DNA of 52,375 nucleotides, from NCBI GenBank assembly GCA_039932995.1, contig JBDTOZ010000386.1, positions 1-52,375 on the forward strand, written 5' to 3'. The translations under genes and the position numbers were made by a program. Numbering within the stretch: position 1 is the first letter of the stretch; each line of letters starts with the position of its first letter. Shown in pieces: positions 49,232 to 52,375 of this stretch. The notes under the pieces were generated by a model, which was not told where the DNA came from, searched no databases, and saw only the letters and a list, made by a program, of their open reading frames with translations. The stretch is from Acidobacteriota bacterium. Lineage in GTDB: Bacteria; Acidobacteriota; Thermoanaerobaculia; Gp7-AA8.

Positions 49232-50148
49232 TGGCGGCGTCGAGCATCGGTGTCACCATCGAGGCCGACGATTTCGGCGCCAGCGCCGCACGCGATCGCG
49301 GAATCCTCCTCGCAATCTCCTTCGGTCTGATCAACGCCGTCAGTGCGTTCGCCGTCTCTCGTTGGCGAGGTGACCGGAAGCTTCCGGAGCGCGTCCTGGC
49401 AACGCTGCGTCGCACAAGCGCGGGGATCCATCTCGATCTGACCGACGGCCCGTTCACCACGGAAGCGTTTGCACGCTGGGTGCAATCGCGCAGGCTACAC
49501 GGCGACAAGCGAGACGTCTGGCTCGCGGGAGTGGCCGGTGAGCTTCCTCTTTCTCTCGCCGGCGAAGAGATTCGTTCGCAGTTCGCGCGATTTCGGGAGA
49601 CGTTTGGACGGTGGCCTACTCACGTCAGCGGTCACAATCACATTCACATCTCCCATCCGGACCTGTTTGCCGTGACGTGTGACCTGTCGGCCGCTCACTC
49701 ACCTGGGACCGTGCGCGTCCCCTATGAGTCGCCGACCGAGCTTGACCCGCTCATTGTGTGTCGATGTGTTCCGGCCGTCAGCGACAGTAGGGGCACTTCA
49801 GTGGCCGGTCATGAGCGCGACGACCTGGCCATCCTCGTCCGCGCAATGCGCACGTGTCCCATCGCCGACTATCGATTGTATGAGCGATGCATCGAGCGTC
49901 TTCCCGCGGCGGACACTGAGCTCTATCACGGAACGACTTATGGTCACCTGCGTAGCCTGAAGGCTCTCGACCGCGTCCTCGCGCGGATGACTGCAATTCC
50001 CGGTGCGCATCGATTCGTCGTACATCCGGGCTTGTCCTGGCGTGGGAAGGCGTTCGAGGGGGCAGACCGGTTGCGCGAGCTCATCCTCCTCTATCGGCGG
50101 CGGCCCACACTGCGAGCACTCCTCGAAGGAGACCTTCATGAGTCGTGA
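49228..50148 (+). CDS. YdjC/ChbG/HpnK-family carbohydrate deacetylase
   Basis: EADDFG, GIHLDL, PTHVSGHNHIH, VHPG; ATGA overlap with the GT stop. Confidence 0.85.
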   Translation: MMAASSIGVTIEADDFGASAARDRGILLAISFGLINAVSAFAVSRWRGDRKLPERVLATLRRTSAGIHLDLTDGPFTTEAFARWVQSRRLHGDKRDVWLAGVAGELPLSLAGEEIRSQFARFRETFGRWPTHVSGHNHIHISHPDLFAVTCDLSAAHSPGTVRVPYESPTELDPLIVCRCVPAVSDSRGTSVAGHERDDLAILVRAMRTCPIADYRLYERCIERLPAADTELYHGTTYGHLRSLKALDRVLARMTAIPGAHRFVVHPGLSWRGKAFEGADRLRELILLYRRRPTLRALLEGDLHES

Positions 50149-51451
50149 ATTGGACGTCTGGCACCTGACCCATCTGTCGCGTTCCCTCGCCTATGCAGGG
50201 ACCGAGTCCGCGTGGTACGCGCGTCGCTGGGCCGCGGAGAGAATCGCCCCGCGCGATTTGCGGACCGCCCCCGACCTCGAGGGATTTCCGCTGACCTACA
50301 AGAGAGAGCTGCAAGACAGTGGCGAGGATTTTCGGGTGCGGTCCGTTCCTGCCACTTCCTTCCGCTCCACCAGCGGCACCACCGCGCGGCGGCTGATGCT
50401 GTATGGCCGCCGCGAGGAAGGCGTCGCCGCGACGCGCCTGCACGAACAACTGCGAGGTAGGTCCAAGCAGCCGTTCCTGCACATGAGATTGATTCCGGCC
50501 ATGCGCCGCACCCTGGAATCGGACGGAGGCGGCAGCAATTCCACGCTGCTCTTCACTTACGCCGCGCACGATAACCCCGGTAAATGGTTCGACGGCGCCG
50601 AGCATTTCGTGGAAACGCTGTGGCAGGAGTATGCGCTCTGGGGACGCTCGGTGCGCATTTCGGCCATCCACGTGACCCCACCGCCGCTGCTCGCCTATGT
50701 CACGGAACGAATGCTCGAGCGGGGCATCGACCCGGCCGGGTCCGGAGTTCAGGTCATCGCGCATTCAGGCGGGCCCGTATTCGAGCGTCACCGCCGGATC
50801 GTCACCGAGCACTGGCGCGCGCGTTCGACCTCTTCTTACAGTTGCACGGAGATCAATGGCTGGTGTGAGGAGTGTCCCACCCAGGCGGGCGTCTATCACG
50901 ATGCGCTCACGAGCTGGCTCGAGATCGTGGGCGACGACCAGAGAGCGGTCGGCCACGGAGAGTGCGGCAGTGTTCTGCTGACCTCCTATACGCCGTTCCA
51001 GGAGGTGACCCCGCTGGTCCGTTACTGGACAGGAGACGTCGCGGAGCGACTGGACAAAAGCTGTTCATGCAGGTCGGCCCGGCTGTCGTTTCGCATCGTC
51101 GGACGAACGCAGCACTGCGTCGACCTGACGCCCCTCGTCGGAACGCGGACCTTTCTCGGGCCGCTTCACGTCGGTGACGCCGTCTCGGGTCTGGCCGCGA
51201 TTCCACAGCACTTGTACCCTCACTTCCGCCTGGAACGGTCCGAGGGACCGCGCGGCGCCGTCATCAGACTGTTGCTGGAATCGAGCCTTCCTGAGTCCAT
51301 CCCCGCGCGTGAGCTCGGCACCGCCATCAGAAAACGTCTGCTCTCGGCGCGAGAGTCGTTCGCGCCCTTGAAGCGGCCCGGCGCTCTCGAGGTGGTTCTT
51401 CATCAGCGCGGAGGGGTCGAGGGTGCCTACAGCCTCTATCCTGACCGGTAG
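50138..51451 (+). CDS. PaaK/phenylacetate-CoA ligase-like adenylate-forming enzyme
   Basis: RBS AAGGAG; FPLTYKREL, STSGTT, SYSCTE, PLVRYWTGD, IVGR. Confidence 0.8.
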   Translation: MSRELDVWHLTHLSRSLAYAGTESAWYARRWAAERIAPRDLRTAPDLEGFPLTYKRELQDSGEDFRVRSVPATSFRSTSGTTARRLMLYGRREEGVAATRLHEQLRGRSKQPFLHMRLIPAMRRTLESDGGGSNSTLLFTYAAHDNPGKWFDGAEHFVETLWQEYALWGRSVRISAIHVTPPPLLAYVTERMLERGIDPAGSGVQVIAHSGGPVFERHRRIVTEHWRARSTSSYSCTEINGWCEECPTQAGVYHDALTSWLEIVGDDQRAVGHGECGSVLLTSYTPFQEVTPLVRYWTGDVAERLDKSCSCRSARLSFRIVGRTQHCVDLTPLVGTRTFLGPLHVGDAVSGLAAIPQHLYPHFRLERSEGPRGAVIRLLLESSLPESIPARELGTAIRKRLLSARESFAPLKRPGALEVVLHQRGGVEGAYSLYPDR

Positions 51452-52375
51452 CTGGGGGTTCCTGGCGCTCGTCTTTGGCGGGTTGACCCTCTATTGGCTC
51501 CTGGCCCTGATGATGGATGCCATTCGGTCATCCACCAGAACAGCTCTCCTCCTCGCGGCGGCCATTGCAGGATGCATCGCTGCCGCGGGCGATTATTTTC
51601 TGCGCGCCGGCACTCTCGACCTGCCTGGCCGCCTGGCGCTCCTCCTGAGCTGGATTCTCACGTGGAAGGTGGTTACTCGCGCGCAGCCGGAAGGCACGCT
51701 CTTCGGCGCAGATTGGAGAATTGCCGCCCTCGTGCTCGCAGTGGGAGCCTCCTTTCTGCCCGGTTTGTGGATTCCGTGGCTGGCCGTCTGCCTGGGGCCA
51801 CTGCACGGCTGGACGCATCACACGAGCCTCCCGTTTCGCTTCGTGGGCCTTCATGCCGCCGTCCATTGTGCGGAACTGGTCTTGATGACGCTTGGGATGG
51901 CGGTCTTCGACTGGACCGCTGTTCGCTGGGCGCTATCCCTCTCACTGTACGCCAGCCATTTCGTCGTGCCGGCGATCAGCAAGGTTCAGTTAGGAGTGCG
52001 CGCGGCAGAACATTCTCGCGAGGACGCACCGACGGAGCGACCGCACGTGCCCAAGGCTGGGCCAACCAGCGCTGGCGGCCGTGCCGCCCACGGGCTCGAG
52101 TGGGTGATCGTGAACCGCACCTCCTGCATCATCGCGAACGCCTGGGTGTGGGGATGGAGAATGCCCGGACTGAAGATGGCCCGCCTCCTCTGGAGCGTGG
52201 GCCGGCGCCATGAGCGTCTCATCAACACCGTGGTCCTGCTCATTGAGTTTGCTCCGCTCCTCGGGATTCTTTGGCCGGCCTTTCTTCCGGTTTCGCTGTT
52301 CCTGGCTCTTGTGTTTCTTGTGCTCGTCTTCGTGGGCACGGGGATCTGTTTCTGGGAGTATGCGGTCCTCACGAC
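51423..52375 (+). CDS. Polytopic membrane protein, 3'-partial (possibly HTTM-like), carrying an in-frame repeat insertion
   Basis: Translated by hand: open frame from GTG 51423 (after GGAGG) to the window end, with many TM segments; ...SHFVVPAISKVQLG[insert]HGLEWVIVNRTS...NAWVWGW...GICFWE. Confidence 0.72.
   Translation, partial: MPTASILTGSWGFLALVFGGLTLYWLLALMMDAIRSSTRTALLLAAAIAGCIAAAGDYFLRAGTLDLPGRLALLLSWILTWKVVTRAQPEGTLFGADWRIAALVLAVGASFLPGLWIPWLAVCLGPLHGWTHHTSLPFRFVGLHAAVHCAELVLMTLGMAVFDWTAVRWALSLSLYASHFVVPAISKVQLGVRAAEHSREDAPTERPHVPKAGPTSAGGRAAHGLEWVIVNRTSCIIANAWVWGWRMPGLKMARLLWSVGRRHERLINTVVLLIEFAPLLGILWPAFLPVSLFLALVFLVLVFVGTGICFWEYAVLT
51992..52089. repeat. Dispersed ~98 bp repeat, copy C, inside a CDS
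   Basis: About 8 mismatches to copy B over 98 bp by eye. Confidence 0.88.

Noticed and set aside
51494-52213. Track ORF 51494..52213 (+) and minus ORF 51986..52372
   Set aside because: Arg/Pro-rich off-frame translations; the frame starting at 51423 gives a coherent membrane protein.

Overview
GC-rich bacterial DNA. Positions 1-44944 hold the upstream part of a minus-strand hybrid trans-AT PKS/NRPS cluster. In transcription order it has a NusG-paralog antiterminator, HlyD adaptor, Zn-dependent dehydrogenase, His-box membrane desaturase/hydroxylase, ABC permease, ABC ATPase, AcpK-like ACP, PksF-like decarboxylating KS, a single enoyl-CoA hydratase (no HMG synthase in the window), an acyl hydrolase-like AT, metallophosphoesterase, Sfp-type PPTase and malonyl trans-AT. 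These are followed by a 4948-aa PKS, an NRPS-like protein with one intact C domain and two apparently dead A domains, and a multimodular NRPS (Asp-Asp-Ala-Ala?) that runs off the window start. The most striking feature is the PKS loading module: ACP + DUF2156/LPG-synthase-C-like domain + tryptophanase-family PLP lyase. This resembles the leinamycin DUF-SH sulfur-installing didomain, but it sits at the start of the assembly line rather than the end. The right end holds a GH-A-like hypothetical protein, two small genes, a histidine phosphatase and a divergent GT / YdjC deacetylase / PaaK-like ligase / membrane protein operon. A ~98 bp repeat occurs three times, once in frame inside the last gene. 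All domain calls come from motifs read by eye; no database searches were run.
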